Shown one piece after another: positions 55,469-64,000 of a stretch of DNA of 64,000 nucleotides. The notes under the pieces were generated by a model. The model ran no database searches. It was not told where the DNA came from and saw nothing but the letters and a program-made list of their open reading frames with translations. Each line of letters begins with the position of its first letter. The stretch's first letter is position 1. Both the position numbers and the translations under genes were made by a program. The stretch is from an uncultured Clostridia bacterium (lineage in GTDB: Bacteria > Bacillota > Clostridia > TANB77 > CAG-508), in contig CAKPKQ010000003.1 of NCBI GenBank assembly GCA_934167305.1, positions 2,638 through 66,637 on the forward strand. The letters run 5' to 3'.

Positions 55469-56713
55469 ATGGACATGAGTAAACCACTTGCATACAGAAT
55501 GAGTCCCAAAACATTAGATGACTATGTAGGGCAAGAACACATATTAGGAAAAGATAAAATTTTATACCGTACAATAAAAGCAGATAGACTATCTAGCATT
55601 ATACTTTGGGGGCCACCTGGATGTGGTAAAACTTCGCTTGCTAGAGTTATTAGTAATACAACAAAATGTAAGTTTTTGAAAATAAATGCAGTAACATCAG
55701 GAATATCAGACATAAAAAATGCGGTTGAAACAGCACAAAATGTTTTGTTAAACCCATCTGGAAAATGTATTTTATTTATAGACGAAATTCATCGTTTTAA
55801 TAAATTACAACAAGACGCATTACTTCCTTATGTGGAAAATGGAACTATAATTTTAATAGGAGCTACTACAGAAAATCCATATTTTGAAGTAAATAAAGCT
55901 TTAATATCAAGATCAATGGTATTTCATTTACAACCACTAACAGATGAAGATATATTTAAAGTGTTAAAAAAATCTTTAACATCTGAGGATGGATTAGGAA
56001 ATTACAATATAAAAATAGAAGATAGCACATTAAAAAAACTTGCAATAACATCTGGGGGAGATGTAAGAACAGCTTTAAATGGGCTAGAAGTTGCAGTTTT
56101 GACAACACAAATGGATTCAAATGGAATAATAAATATTACAGATGAAATATTAAAAGAGTGTGTACAAACAAGAAAAGCGGTGTTTGATAAAAAAGGAGAC
56201 AGCCATTATGATAATATTAGTGCATTTATAAAATCGATGCGTGGCAGTGATGTAGATGCTGCATTGTTTTACTTGGCAAGAGCACTAAATGCAGGTGAAG
56301 ACCCTGTGTTTATGGCAAGAAGAATTGTTATAGCAGCTGCAGAAGATGTTGGAATGGCAAATCCAAATGCTTTAGTAGTTGCAACATCAGCTATGCAAGC
56401 TGTAACTATGGTAGGAATGCCAGAAGCCAGAATTATTTTAGCAGAGGCAACAGTTTATGTTGCAACTTCCAAAAAATCAAATGCTGCATATTTAGGAATA
56501 GATAAGGCACTAGCAGATGTAGCTAATAAAGATACAGGAACGATACCAATGCACATTAGAAATGCACCAGCAGAAGGAATGTCAAAAGAAGGTTATGGAG
56601 TAGGTTACAAATACCCACATGATTATCCAAATCATTGGGTAGAACAACAATATTTACCTGATAAAATGTTAGGAACAAAATATTATACAAAAGATGATAC
56701 AGTGGAAGATTAA
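55469..56713 (+). CDS. rarA: Replication-associated recombination protein A (RarA/MgsA AAA+ ATPase)
   Basis: Walker A GPPGCGKTS, Walker B FIDEIHRFNK. C-terminal MgsA domain (FYLARAL..GEDP). Confidence 0.93.
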   Translation: MDMSKPLAYRMSPKTLDDYVGQEHILGKDKILYRTIKADRLSSIILWGPPGCGKTSLARVISNTTKCKFLKINAVTSGISDIKNAVETAQNVLLNPSGKCILFIDEIHRFNKLQQDALLPYVENGTIILIGATTENPYFEVNKALISRSMVFHLQPLTDEDIFKVLKKSLTSEDGLGNYNIKIEDSTLKKLAITSGGDVRTALNGLEVAVLTTQMDSNGIINITDEILKECVQTRKAVFDKKGDSHYDNISAFIKSMRGSDVDAALFYLARALNAGEDPVFMARRIVIAAAEDVGMANPNALVVATSAMQAVTMVGMPEARIILAEATVYVATSKKSNAAYLGIDKALADVANKDTGTIPMHIRNAPAEGMSKEGYGVGYKYPHDYPNHWVEQQYLPDKMLGTKYYTKDDTVED

Positions 56714-56716
56714 ATT

Positions 56717-56748
56717 GAAAATCCCCGGCTAAAACAGTCCGGGATTTT
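56717..56748. terminator. Bidirectional terminator
   Basis: AAAATCCCCGG / CCGGGATTTT hairpin between convergent genes. Confidence 0.8.
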
Positions 56749-56754
56749 CTGTGA

Positions 56755-57864
56755 TTATAATGTTGTTACTAGTAATAATACAACTAAAAATAAAGTATTA
56801 AATATTGTATACATTATTAAATATTTCCAAAAGTTTTTAGGCTGGTGTTTTAAAAATTCTTTTAAAGTAATTAAACTAGCTAGTGAAGATATCAATATTC
56901 CTAAAGAACCTATATTTACAGAAACTAATAATTCTTTATAATTTGTAGTAAATTTAGATAAGAATATTGCAGTAGGAACATTGCTTATAAATTGACAAGA
57001 CATTATTCCAGCTAACAATGTATTTTTTACAACAATTTCTGATATAAACTCTTTTATAGCAGATATTCTAGCAATATTTCCTGAAAAGACAAAGAAAACA
57101 AAGAATGTTGCTATAAGAGCATAGTCTATTTGCTTAAACCTTTTTCTATCCATTATAAGGATTGTTAAAACTACAATTGCTAATGTTATCAAATAAGGAA
57201 TAACCCTAAAAATACTAAGTATTACGAAAATAAATAAAATTGAATATATACATAGCTCTTTCTTACTTATGATTATCTTTGAATTTTTTCTTAGCTTTAA
57301 AGTTTCATTATGAACAAAAGCACAGCATATCCATAATAACACTGCAACAGTTATGGACGGAACAAGCAATATACTAAAAAACTCTGTTGTGTTTATATTA
57401 TAATAAGAATAAAGATATAAATTTTGTGGATTACCATAAGGAGTAATCATACCACCCATATTAGCAGCTATAGTTTGCATTATAAATGTAAAAGCTAGAT
57501 ATTTATCATTTTTGGTTGAATGCAAAACAATATATGTAAGCGGAAGAAATGTTATTAAAGACATATCATTTGCTACTATCATATCAAAGAAAAAGGTACC
57601 AAATACAAGTGCATATATAACAGCTCTTCGGGTATGAAATAAACCTATAAGTTTTCTAGAAATCAACTCAAATACATTTGTGCTTTTAAGTCCAGCAACT
57701 ACAGCAAGCATACAGAATAAGCAAATTAATGTACTATAATCAAAATAACCTAAATATTCTTTATCTGGTGGCACAAAAAAACATGTAATAATTGCTAAAA
57801 CGATTGCAACAGATAAAACTACTTCACTTTTTATAAAATTAATTATTTTTTCTTTTGTCTTCAT
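56755..57864 (-). CDS. ArsB/NhaD/CitMHS-superfamily anion permease
   Basis: About 10-TM hydrophobic protein. ATG 57864 follows GGAGA. Family assigned by overall pattern only. Confidence 0.6.
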   Translation of the reverse strand: MKTKEKIINFIKSEVVLSVAIVLAIITCFFVPPDKEYLGYFDYSTLICLFCMLAVVAGLKSTNVFELISRKLIGLFHTRRAVIYALVFGTFFFDMIVANDMSLITFLPLTYIVLHSTKNDKYLAFTFIMQTIAANMGGMITPYGNPQNLYLYSYYNINTTEFFSILLVPSITVAVLLWICCAFVHNETLKLRKNSKIIISKKELCIYSILFIFVILSIFRVIPYLITLAIVVLTILIMDRKRFKQIDYALIATFFVFFVFSGNIARISAIKEFISEIVVKNTLLAGIMSCQFISNVPTAIFLSKFTTNYKELLVSVNIGSLGILISSLASLITLKEFLKHQPKNFWKYLIMYTIFNTLFLVVLLLVTTL

Positions 57865-57961
57865 AATTATCTCCATATAATACTTATATAAATATTATAA
57901 CAATATAAAATAAAAAATACAATAAAAAAGATACCTTATTTCTAAGATATCTTTTTTAAAT

Positions 57962-58864
57962 TTATTTTTTATCTTTAATAACTTCTGTAATAGCACCTAA
58001 ACTACTTAAAGTATTTGTTGCTTCAAATGGAATAAATACTTTATTAGCTTCTCCATTAGCAACTTCTTTTAAAGTCTCTAAAGATTTTAATTGAACTAAT
58101 TTTTCATCAGGTTTAGCTTTCATCATTGCATCATAAACCATATGAATTTCTTGAGCTTTTGCTTCAGCAACTTGTTTTATAGCTTCGGCCTCACCAATTG
58201 CTCTTCTTATTTTAGCTTCTTTATCAGCTTCAGCCTCTAAAATAGCAGCTTCTTTTTTACCTTCTGCTAAAGTAATAGCAGATTGTCTTTCACCTTCAGC
58301 TTGTAAAATTAAAGCTCTTTTATTTCTCTCAGCATTCATTTGTTTTTCCATTGCATCTCTAATGTCTGCTGGAGGAGTAATATCTTTAATTTCAACTCTA
58401 TCGACTTTACAACCCCATTGATCTGTTGCTTCATCAAGAATAACTCTTAATCTATCATTGATAGCATCTCTAGAACTAAATGTATCATCTAAGTCCATTT
58501 TACCAACAATATCACGAATTGTTGTAATTGCTAAGTATTCAATACCTTTCTTTAAGTTTTGAATTTCATAAACAGCTCTTGCTGGATCTGTAATTTTGTA
58601 AAACACAACAGTATCAATAGTAATAGTAACATTATCTTGAGTAATAACACCTTGAGGTGGAATGTCCATTGTTTGTTGTTTTAAACTAACAACACTACGT
58701 ACATGATCTACAAAAGGAATAATAACTGTAAGACCTGCATCAGCTACTTTGTGAAATTTACCAAGTCTTTCAATAATGTAAACTTCAGATTGTTTTACTA
58801 TTTTAATTGTATTAAATGCAATAATTAAAATAATAACTAATAATGCGATTAAAACCCACATCAT
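57962..58864 (-). CDS. SPFH/Band-7 (stomatin-like) protein
   Basis: 300 aa. N-terminal TM, SPFH core, Ala/Glu-rich coiled tail. Paired with NfeD upstream. Confidence 0.9.
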   Translation of the reverse strand: MMWVLIALLVIILIIAFNTIKIVKQSEVYIIERLGKFHKVADAGLTVIIPFVDHVRSVVSLKQQTMDIPPQGVITQDNVTITIDTVVFYKITDPARAVYEIQNLKKGIEYLAITTIRDIVGKMDLDDTFSSRDAINDRLRVILDEATDQWGCKVDRVEIKDITPPADIRDAMEKQMNAERNKRALILQAEGERQSAITLAEGKKEAAILEAEADKEAKIRRAIGEAEAIKQVAEAKAQEIHMVYDAMMKAKPDEKLVQLKSLETLKEVANGEANKVFIPFEATNTLSSLGAITEVIKDKK

Positions 58865-58913
58865 AATAAAAATCCTCCTTAAAATATATATAATAAATAA
58901 TAAATATTAATGC

Positions 58914-59369
58914 CTAAACTTTTTGCTCAACTTTTGAATTATTGAGATCTGTTGAAACTACGGCTTTTACACCATCAATACTTAAAATTAAGACTTCAGT
59001 TCCTTCACTAATAAATTCTTCATTAGTTGATTTTGCAGTCCACACCTGACCATCTATTTTAATTTGACCAACTCCTTGATTAGGATTTATTTCTTTAATT
59101 ACAATAGCTCTTTTTCCAATAATAGAAAAAGCATTAGTAACTAAAGGGTTATCAGTTTTATCAAGCTTTTTTGCCAAAGGTCTTGTAAAAAAAATAAAAA
59201 GTGCAGAGGTAACTACAAATACAGCAGTTTGAATAATTATATTATCAGTAAAAAAACTGGTTATCATAGCACATAAGCTACCTAAACTTAACCAAAAGAT
59301 TAAAAAGCCTACAGTTGCTATTTCAGCAATAACAAAAATACCTGCTAAAATTAACCAAATATACCACAT
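58914..59369 (-). CDS. NfeD-family membrane protein
   Basis: 151 aa. Three TMs plus a C-terminal OB-like domain. Classic NfeD-stomatin operon. Confidence 0.85.
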   Translation of the reverse strand: MWYIWLILAGIFVIAEIATVGFLIFWLSLGSLCAMITSFFTDNIIIQTAVFVVTSALFIFFTRPLAKKLDKTDNPLVTNAFSIIGKRAIVIKEINPNQGVGQIKIDGQVWTAKSTNEEFISEGTEVLILSIDGVKAVVSTDLNNSKVEQKV

Positions 59370-59527
59370 AAAATAATCTCCTTTACGCTTGTAACATTTA
59401 TATTATACTATATTCTGGACAAAAATGGAATATGTTTTTGAAAAAAATGCAATATCTTGCCAACTTTTGCAATTTGTGATATAACAGTAAGCGAATGAAT
59501 AATATAATCATATAAAGGTGGGATATA

Positions 59528-60754
59528 ATGAAAGAGGAAACTATTTCAATTTTAAAGAAATATCATCAAGAACATATATTAGAATATAACTTAACTGAAA
59601 AGCAACAACAAGAACTAGAAAAGCAAATATTAAGCATAGATTTTGAACAATTGCAAAAATTATATGAAAGTACAAAACAAGAAAAAAATATAGAAGAAAA
59701 AAAGATTGAGCACATTGCATATACAGACAAGGCAAAAATGTCAAAGGAACTAGAGCAAGAACTTACAAACATTGGAACAGAGGTTATAAAACAAGGGCAT
59801 TATGCAGTTATAACAATGGCAGGTGGCCAAGGAACTAGATTAGGGCATCAAGGACCAAAAGGAACATATGCATTAGATACAATAAAAGGAAAAAAATACA
59901 TATTTGAAATAATTATTGATAAACTAAAAAAAGCAAAAGAAGAATATGGAGTTGCAATACCTTGGTATGTAATGACAAGCAAAGACAATCACGAGGAAAC
60001 GGTATGGTTTTTAGAAAAAAATAAATATTTTGGATATGAAAAAGAAAAGGTTAAATTTTTTAAACAAGGGGAATTACCTTTAATAGATACTCAAGGAAGA
60101 GTAATATTAGATGAAAATGCTACAATAAAAGAAGCAGCAAATGGAAATGGCGGACTGTTTGAAGCTATTTATAAAAATCAAATTTTAGAAGATTTAAAAA
60201 AGCATCAAATTGAATGGATATTTGTTAGCAACATAGATAATATATTATCAAACTTTGTGGATCCACTTCTAGTAGGCCTTACAATTAAAGAAAAAAATGT
60301 TATTGCTTCAAAGTCAGTGGCAAAAGCAAATCCGCAAGAAAAAATTGGAGTTTTCTGCAAAATCAATGGAAAACCAGAGATAATTGAATATATTGATTTA
60401 CCACAAGAAATGGCAGAAAAAGTTGATGAAAAAGGTGAGTTGCTATATGGAGATGGAAACTTTGGCACATACTTATTTAATCAAAAAGTATTTGAAAAAC
60501 TATCAACAGCTAAACTACCATATCATGCAGCATTTAAAAAATCAGGTTATTTAGATATAAATGGAAAATTTATAGAACCAGATGAACCAAATGTATATAA
60601 ATTTGAAACATTTATATTTGATGCTTTCTCACAATATAATGATATGACAATAATGAGAGTAAAAAGAGAAGACGAATTTGCACCTGTAAAAAATCGTACA
60701 GGAAATGACAGCCCAGAAACAGCTGTTAAATTATATAATGAAAAAAATAAATAA
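59528..60754 (+). CDS. UDPGP-family (UAP1-like) UDP-N-acetylhexosamine pyrophosphorylase
   Basis: MAGGQGTRLGHQGPKGT motif typical of the eukaryote-type UTP-sugar-1-P uridylyltransferase family. Confidence 0.85.
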   Translation: MKEETISILKKYHQEHILEYNLTEKQQQELEKQILSIDFEQLQKLYESTKQEKNIEEKKIEHIAYTDKAKMSKELEQELTNIGTEVIKQGHYAVITMAGGQGTRLGHQGPKGTYALDTIKGKKYIFEIIIDKLKKAKEEYGVAIPWYVMTSKDNHEETVWFLEKNKYFGYEKEKVKFFKQGELPLIDTQGRVILDENATIKEAANGNGGLFEAIYKNQILEDLKKHQIEWIFVSNIDNILSNFVDPLLVGLTIKEKNVIASKSVAKANPQEKIGVFCKINGKPEIIEYIDLPQEMAEKVDEKGELLYGDGNFGTYLFNQKVFEKLSTAKLPYHAAFKKSGYLDINGKFIEPDEPNVYKFETFIFDAFSQYNDMTIMRVKREDEFAPVKNRTGNDSPETAVKLYNEKNK

Positions 60755-60768
60755 AGGAGAATTTTATC

Positions 60769-62025
60769 ATGGAAAATGTAATAGGTTTAGTAATGGCAGC
60801 AGGAACAGATAACAGAATGAAATCTAAGAAATCAAAACTAGCACAAGAATTATATGGAAAGGCTGTTATAAAAAGAGTTGTTGACAGCATGAAAAAAGCT
60901 GGAATAGAAGAAGTTGCAGTTATTGTTGGAGACAACAAAGAAGAGATAGAAGGCATTTTAAAAGATGAAGTAACATATTTAGAACAAAAAGGTTGCTTAG
61001 GAACAGGCCATGCAATAATGCAAGCAACAAGTTACTTAGAAAGTAAAAAAGGAAGAGTAGTAATTGCAAATGGAAACATACCATTAATTACACCAGAAAC
61101 CATTAAAGAATTGGTAGAAAAATCAGAAAAAGAAAATGAGGCAGTTACAATACTTACAGGAATTATAAGTGAACCAACAGGTTATGGAAGAGTTATTAGA
61201 GAGAATAATAGAATTACAGAAGTCATAGAAGAAAAAGAACTAACAGAAGCAGGAAAGAAAATATTAGAAGTAAATGCAGGAGTATACTGTTATGAAATTT
61301 CTGAATTAACAAAAATAATTGGAACATTAAGAAAAAACAGCATGGGACTATATTATTTAACAGATACTGTTAAAATGCTAGTTGCATCAGGAAAAAATGT
61401 TGGAGGAGTCTTAGTAGAAGACAACACAGAAATATTGAGTCTTAATACAAAACTTCAACTAGAAATGTTAACAAGAATTTTAAGAATAAAAATCAACACA
61501 ATGCATATGAACAATGGTGTAACAATAGAAGACATCAACACAACATATATATATGAAGATGTAGAAATTGGAATGGACACAGTAATTCATCCAAACACAA
61601 CAATCAAATCTGGAGTAGTAATAGGAGAAGACTGCAACATTGGACCAAATGCATATATTCGTGAAGGATGTAAACTAGCAGACAAAGTAAAAGTAGGAAG
61701 CTTTGTAGAAATTAAAAAAGCAATTATTGCAGAAGGCTCTAAAGTACCACACTTATCATATATGGGCGACTGTGAAATAGGAACAAAATGCAATATTGGA
61801 TGTGGAACAATCACATGTAATTACGACGGAAAAAATAAACACAAAACTAAAATTGGAGATAACTGCTTCATAGGCTCAAATGTAAACTTAGTAGCACCAG
61901 TAACATTAGGCGACCATGTATTAGTAGCAGCAGGATCAACAATCACACAAGATGTACCATCAGAAGCACTAAGCATAGCAAGAGAAAGACAAACAAACAA
62001 AGAAGAATGGAACAAAAATAAATAA
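60769..62025 (+). CDS. glmU: GlmU-like nucleotidyltransferase / left-handed beta-helix acetyltransferase (atypical N-terminal motif)
   Basis: 418 aa. N-terminal MAAGTDNRMKS (canonical is LAAGKGTRM). C-terminal hexapeptide repeats. Confidence 0.75.
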   Translation: MENVIGLVMAAGTDNRMKSKKSKLAQELYGKAVIKRVVDSMKKAGIEEVAVIVGDNKEEIEGILKDEVTYLEQKGCLGTGHAIMQATSYLESKKGRVVIANGNIPLITPETIKELVEKSEKENEAVTILTGIISEPTGYGRVIRENNRITEVIEEKELTEAGKKILEVNAGVYCYEISELTKIIGTLRKNSMGLYYLTDTVKMLVASGKNVGGVLVEDNTEILSLNTKLQLEMLTRILRIKINTMHMNNGVTIEDINTTYIYEDVEIGMDTVIHPNTTIKSGVVIGEDCNIGPNAYIREGCKLADKVKVGSFVEIKKAIIAEGSKVPHLSYMGDCEIGTKCNIGCGTITCNYDGKNKHKTKIGDNCFIGSNVNLVAPVTLGDHVLVAAGSTITQDVPSEALSIARERQTNKEEWNKNK

Positions 62026-62159
62026 TGTCAGTTTGGGGACGTTTCTTTAACTGACAAAAATGTCACTTAGGGGACAGATCTTAAAAAGTTAAAACACTTA
62101 AAAGATCTGTCCCCCAACTGTCAAAAGCGTCAGTTAAAGAAACGTCCCCAAACTGACAT
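62025..62159. repeat. Compound-palindrome element, copy B (135 bp)
   Basis: Shares its first base with the glmU-like TAA and its last base with the stop of the convergent holin-like gene. Confidence 0.92.
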
Positions 62160-62530
62160 TATTGTTGGTCGCCAGGTATAAAGTAATCTACAACACCGTA
62201 AACTATTGCGCCAACTATTGCAGCCATCCAAGAAACTGTATACCCTGCAACAAAATATTGAGTTACATACAATACAACTGCAGATAGAACAAAACCGACA
62301 AAACCTTTACCAAAAGAACTAGCATGTAATCCAGTAAACTTAGTAATTAAGTAATCAATAACAGTAAGAACGATTGCAGCCATAGCTAAAGCCCAAAAGT
62401 TACTTATTCTAAATCCAGGTGTAAAAAATGCTGTAATACCAAGAACAATTGCAGCTGTGACCAATCTACCAATAATTTGCCATGCTGTACTTTTAGTATT
62501 AGATTGTGTATTAGTATTTGCGTTTGACAT
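62159..62530 (-). CDS. Phage-holin-4_2 (DUF360)-family small membrane protein
   Basis: 123 aa. Four TMs with the GRLVTAAIVLGITAFFTPGF pattern. Confidence 0.7.
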   Translation of the reverse strand: MSNANTNTQSNTKSTAWQIIGRLVTAAIVLGITAFFTPGFRISNFWALAMAAIVLTVIDYLITKFTGLHASSFGKGFVGFVLSAVVLYVTQYFVAGYTVSWMAAIVGAIVYGVVDYFIPGDQQ

Positions 62531-62684
62531 GTCTAAAACCTCCTTAATTTAAGAATTTCTAAAAATGAATTTACATGGTTTTCTAATTTTATTATTTACT
62601 TAAAAACAAAAATTATTCAGATAATGAATAATTTTTTTATTTTAGATCAAAATTATATTAAAAATTTATGAAAGGAACAAAAAG

Positions 62685-63359
62685 ATGATTATAACTTTAA
62701 TAAGAACTATTGTATTATACATATTAGTTTTGGTTGTTATGAGACTAATGGGAAAGAGAGAAATTGGGCAATTACAACCTTTTGAACTTGCAATTTCAAT
62801 TATGATTGCTGACTTAGCATCAATACCTATGACAGATGTTGGAATACCAATTACAAACGGAATTATACCAATTTTAGGACTTTTAGTAATGCATTTAGTT
62901 ATTTCTATTATAAATATTAAAAGCATAAGAGGAAGAGAAATTTTATGTGGAAGACCAACAATATTAATATATAGGGGGAAAATAGACGAAAAAGCCTTGA
63001 AAAAAGAAAGATTTACAATAAATGAATTAGAAGAACGACTTAGAGGAAATAATGTAGTAAATTTAGGAGATGTTGAATATGCAATATTAGAAACAAGTGG
63101 ACAAGTTACAGTTATTCAAAAACCAAATAAGCGTACAACTACGCCAGAAGACTTTAATATAGAGCCAGACTATGAAGGATTACCTTATGATTTAGTAATA
63201 GACGGAAAAATATTAAATGAAAATTTAAGAAAAATTGGTAAAAACGAAGCATGGCTAAAAAAGCAAGTAGAAAAATTTAAAATGACACCTCAAGAAGCGC
63301 TAATAGTGACTTTTGATGGTAAGGAACAAATCTTTTGCCAGAAAAAAGAAAATAATTAA
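62685..63359 (+). CDS. DUF421 (YetF-like) membrane protein
   Basis: 224 aa. MRLMGKREIGQLQPFEL motif typical of DUF421. Confidence 0.85.
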   Translation: MIITLIRTIVLYILVLVVMRLMGKREIGQLQPFELAISIMIADLASIPMTDVGIPITNGIIPILGLLVMHLVISIINIKSIRGREILCGRPTILIYRGKIDEKALKKERFTINELEERLRGNNVVNLGDVEYAILETSGQVTVIQKPNKRTTTPEDFNIEPDYEGLPYDLVIDGKILNENLRKIGKNEAWLKKQVEKFKMTPQEALIVTFDGKEQIFCQKKENN

Positions 63360-63372
63360 ATAGGGGAGAAAT

Positions 63373-63762
63373 ATGTATAAAGAATTAATTATTATAATTA
63401 TAATAATAGCATTGGTTATAGTAGGAAATATTATAACCCAAAATAATACAAATAAATCGGTAGAGGCTATAAATGATGAACTCAAAATATTCAGAGAGGA
63501 AATTTTAAAACAAACTATCAGCAAAACAGAAATAGAAGAACATATAAAAAAAATAAATAATACATGGGAAGAAAAGTTTGAGAAATTAGCATATTATATT
63601 GAACATGATGAATTAGAAAAAGCAAGTTCAGAACTAACAAAATTAAAAGCAGATGTTGAAACAGAAAACTATGACTTTGCAATAGAAAATTTAGACAACT
63701 GTGTATTTATATTAGAACACATAAAAGACAAATCAGCCTTAAAAATAGTAAACATATTTTAA
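63373..63762 (+). CDS. DUF4363-like protein
   Basis: 129 aa with an N-terminal TM. Usual partner downstream of DUF421. Confidence 0.65.
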   Translation: MYKELIIIIIIIALVIVGNIITQNNTNKSVEAINDELKIFREEILKQTISKTEIEEHIKKINNTWEEKFEKLAYYIEHDELEKASSELTKLKADVETENYDFAIENLDNCVFILEHIKDKSALKIVNIF

Positions 63763-63900
63763 TGTCAGTTCGGGGACGTTTCTTTAACTGACAAAAATGT
63801 CACTTGGGGGACACATCTTAAAAATATAAATTAAAAAAATGAAAGATGTGTCCCCTGACTGACAAAAATGTCAGTTAAAGAAACGTCCCCGAACTGACAT
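63762..63900. repeat. Compound-palindrome element, copy C (139 bp)
   Basis: Starts on the last A of the DUF4363 TAA. Its right arm supplies the last ~8 codons and the stop of dapB. Confidence 0.92.
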
Positions 63901-64000
63901 AATAACCTGCGGGTTGGGATACTATGAACTCTGCTGCTTTTAATGCTCCTTCAGCAAAGATACTACGAGAATATGCAGTGTGCTTTACTTCAAAGCTTTC
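63875..64000 (-). CDS. dapB: 4-hydroxy-tetrahydrodipicolinate reductase DapB, C-terminal fragment (5' end outside window)
   Basis: Not in the track. The minus strand reads ESFEVKHTAYSRSIFAEGALKAAEFIVSQPAGYYVSSGTFL*. HxAxSRxxFAxGALxAA is the DapB C-terminal signature. Confidence 0.7.
   Translation of the reverse strand, partial: ESFEVKHTAYSRSIFAEGALKAAEFIVSQPAGYYVSSGTFL

Noticed and set aside
62025-62054. Nine-codon ORF ATGTCAGTTTGGGGACGTTTCTTTAACTGA (MSVWGRFFN) present at both ends of each palindromic element
   Set aside because: No RBS. It is a trivial consequence of the terminal ATG..TGA in a palindrome.
1-64000. tRNA, rRNA, transposase, integrase, prophage or classic toxin-antitoxin or defence operons
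   Set aside because: None could be supported. I found no cloverleaf-like GTTCGAATC-type arms, no recombinase or transposase motifs, and no multi-gene defence signatures in any ORF.

Overview
Visibly AT-rich chromosomal segment of an endospore-forming Firmicute, probably Clostridia-like (spo0A, a SpoIVFA/SpoIVFB-like pair, yyaC, DUF421/DUF4363, YitT). About 60 protein genes are present, mostly housekeeping: nusG-rplKAJL, plsX-acpP, smc, murE, a Ca-type P-ATPase, htrA, rnc, spo0A, nrdD, rpsF-ssb-rpsR, nth, rpmB, tcdA, ruvA, rarA, SPFH/NfeD, a UAP/GlmU pair and partial dapB. I recognised no rRNA, tRNA, CRISPR array, transposase or integrase.

The signal I rate highest is non-coding. A 135-139 bp compound-palindrome element occurs three times (26419-26556, 62025-62159, 63762-63900). 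Each copy sits exactly on gene ends. Copies share or supply stop codons and rewrite the C-termini of rnc and dapB. The copies differ by compensatory changes between their arms.

Two further small repeat families are present:
- A 47-nt hairpin-containing block upstream of rnc and of a flavoprotein gene.
- A 9-15-9 inverted repeat with a conserved loop that brackets the Ca-ATPase region.

Other observations:
- Two compositional-outlier genes (7852-8964, 20120-20536) sit behind homologous promoter blocks.
- A ~157-nt bubble-containing hairpin lies between the M23 and M50 sporulation-type protease genes.
- A tiny promoter-peptide-terminator unit follows spo0A.
- Canonical synteny is broken: rplL is followed by plsX, not rpoB. 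acpP and smc are separated by an accessory island, and rnc has been relocated.
- Gene lesions are unusually frequent: an in-frame TAA in corC, a frameshifted flavoprotein gene, an A6-tract frameshift in the M50 protease gene, nrdD lacking its glycyl-radical end, an LPKTG adhesin without an anchor tail, and a 16-bp tandem duplication in a DUF2207 gene.

All family names come from motif recognition by eye. No database search was run.
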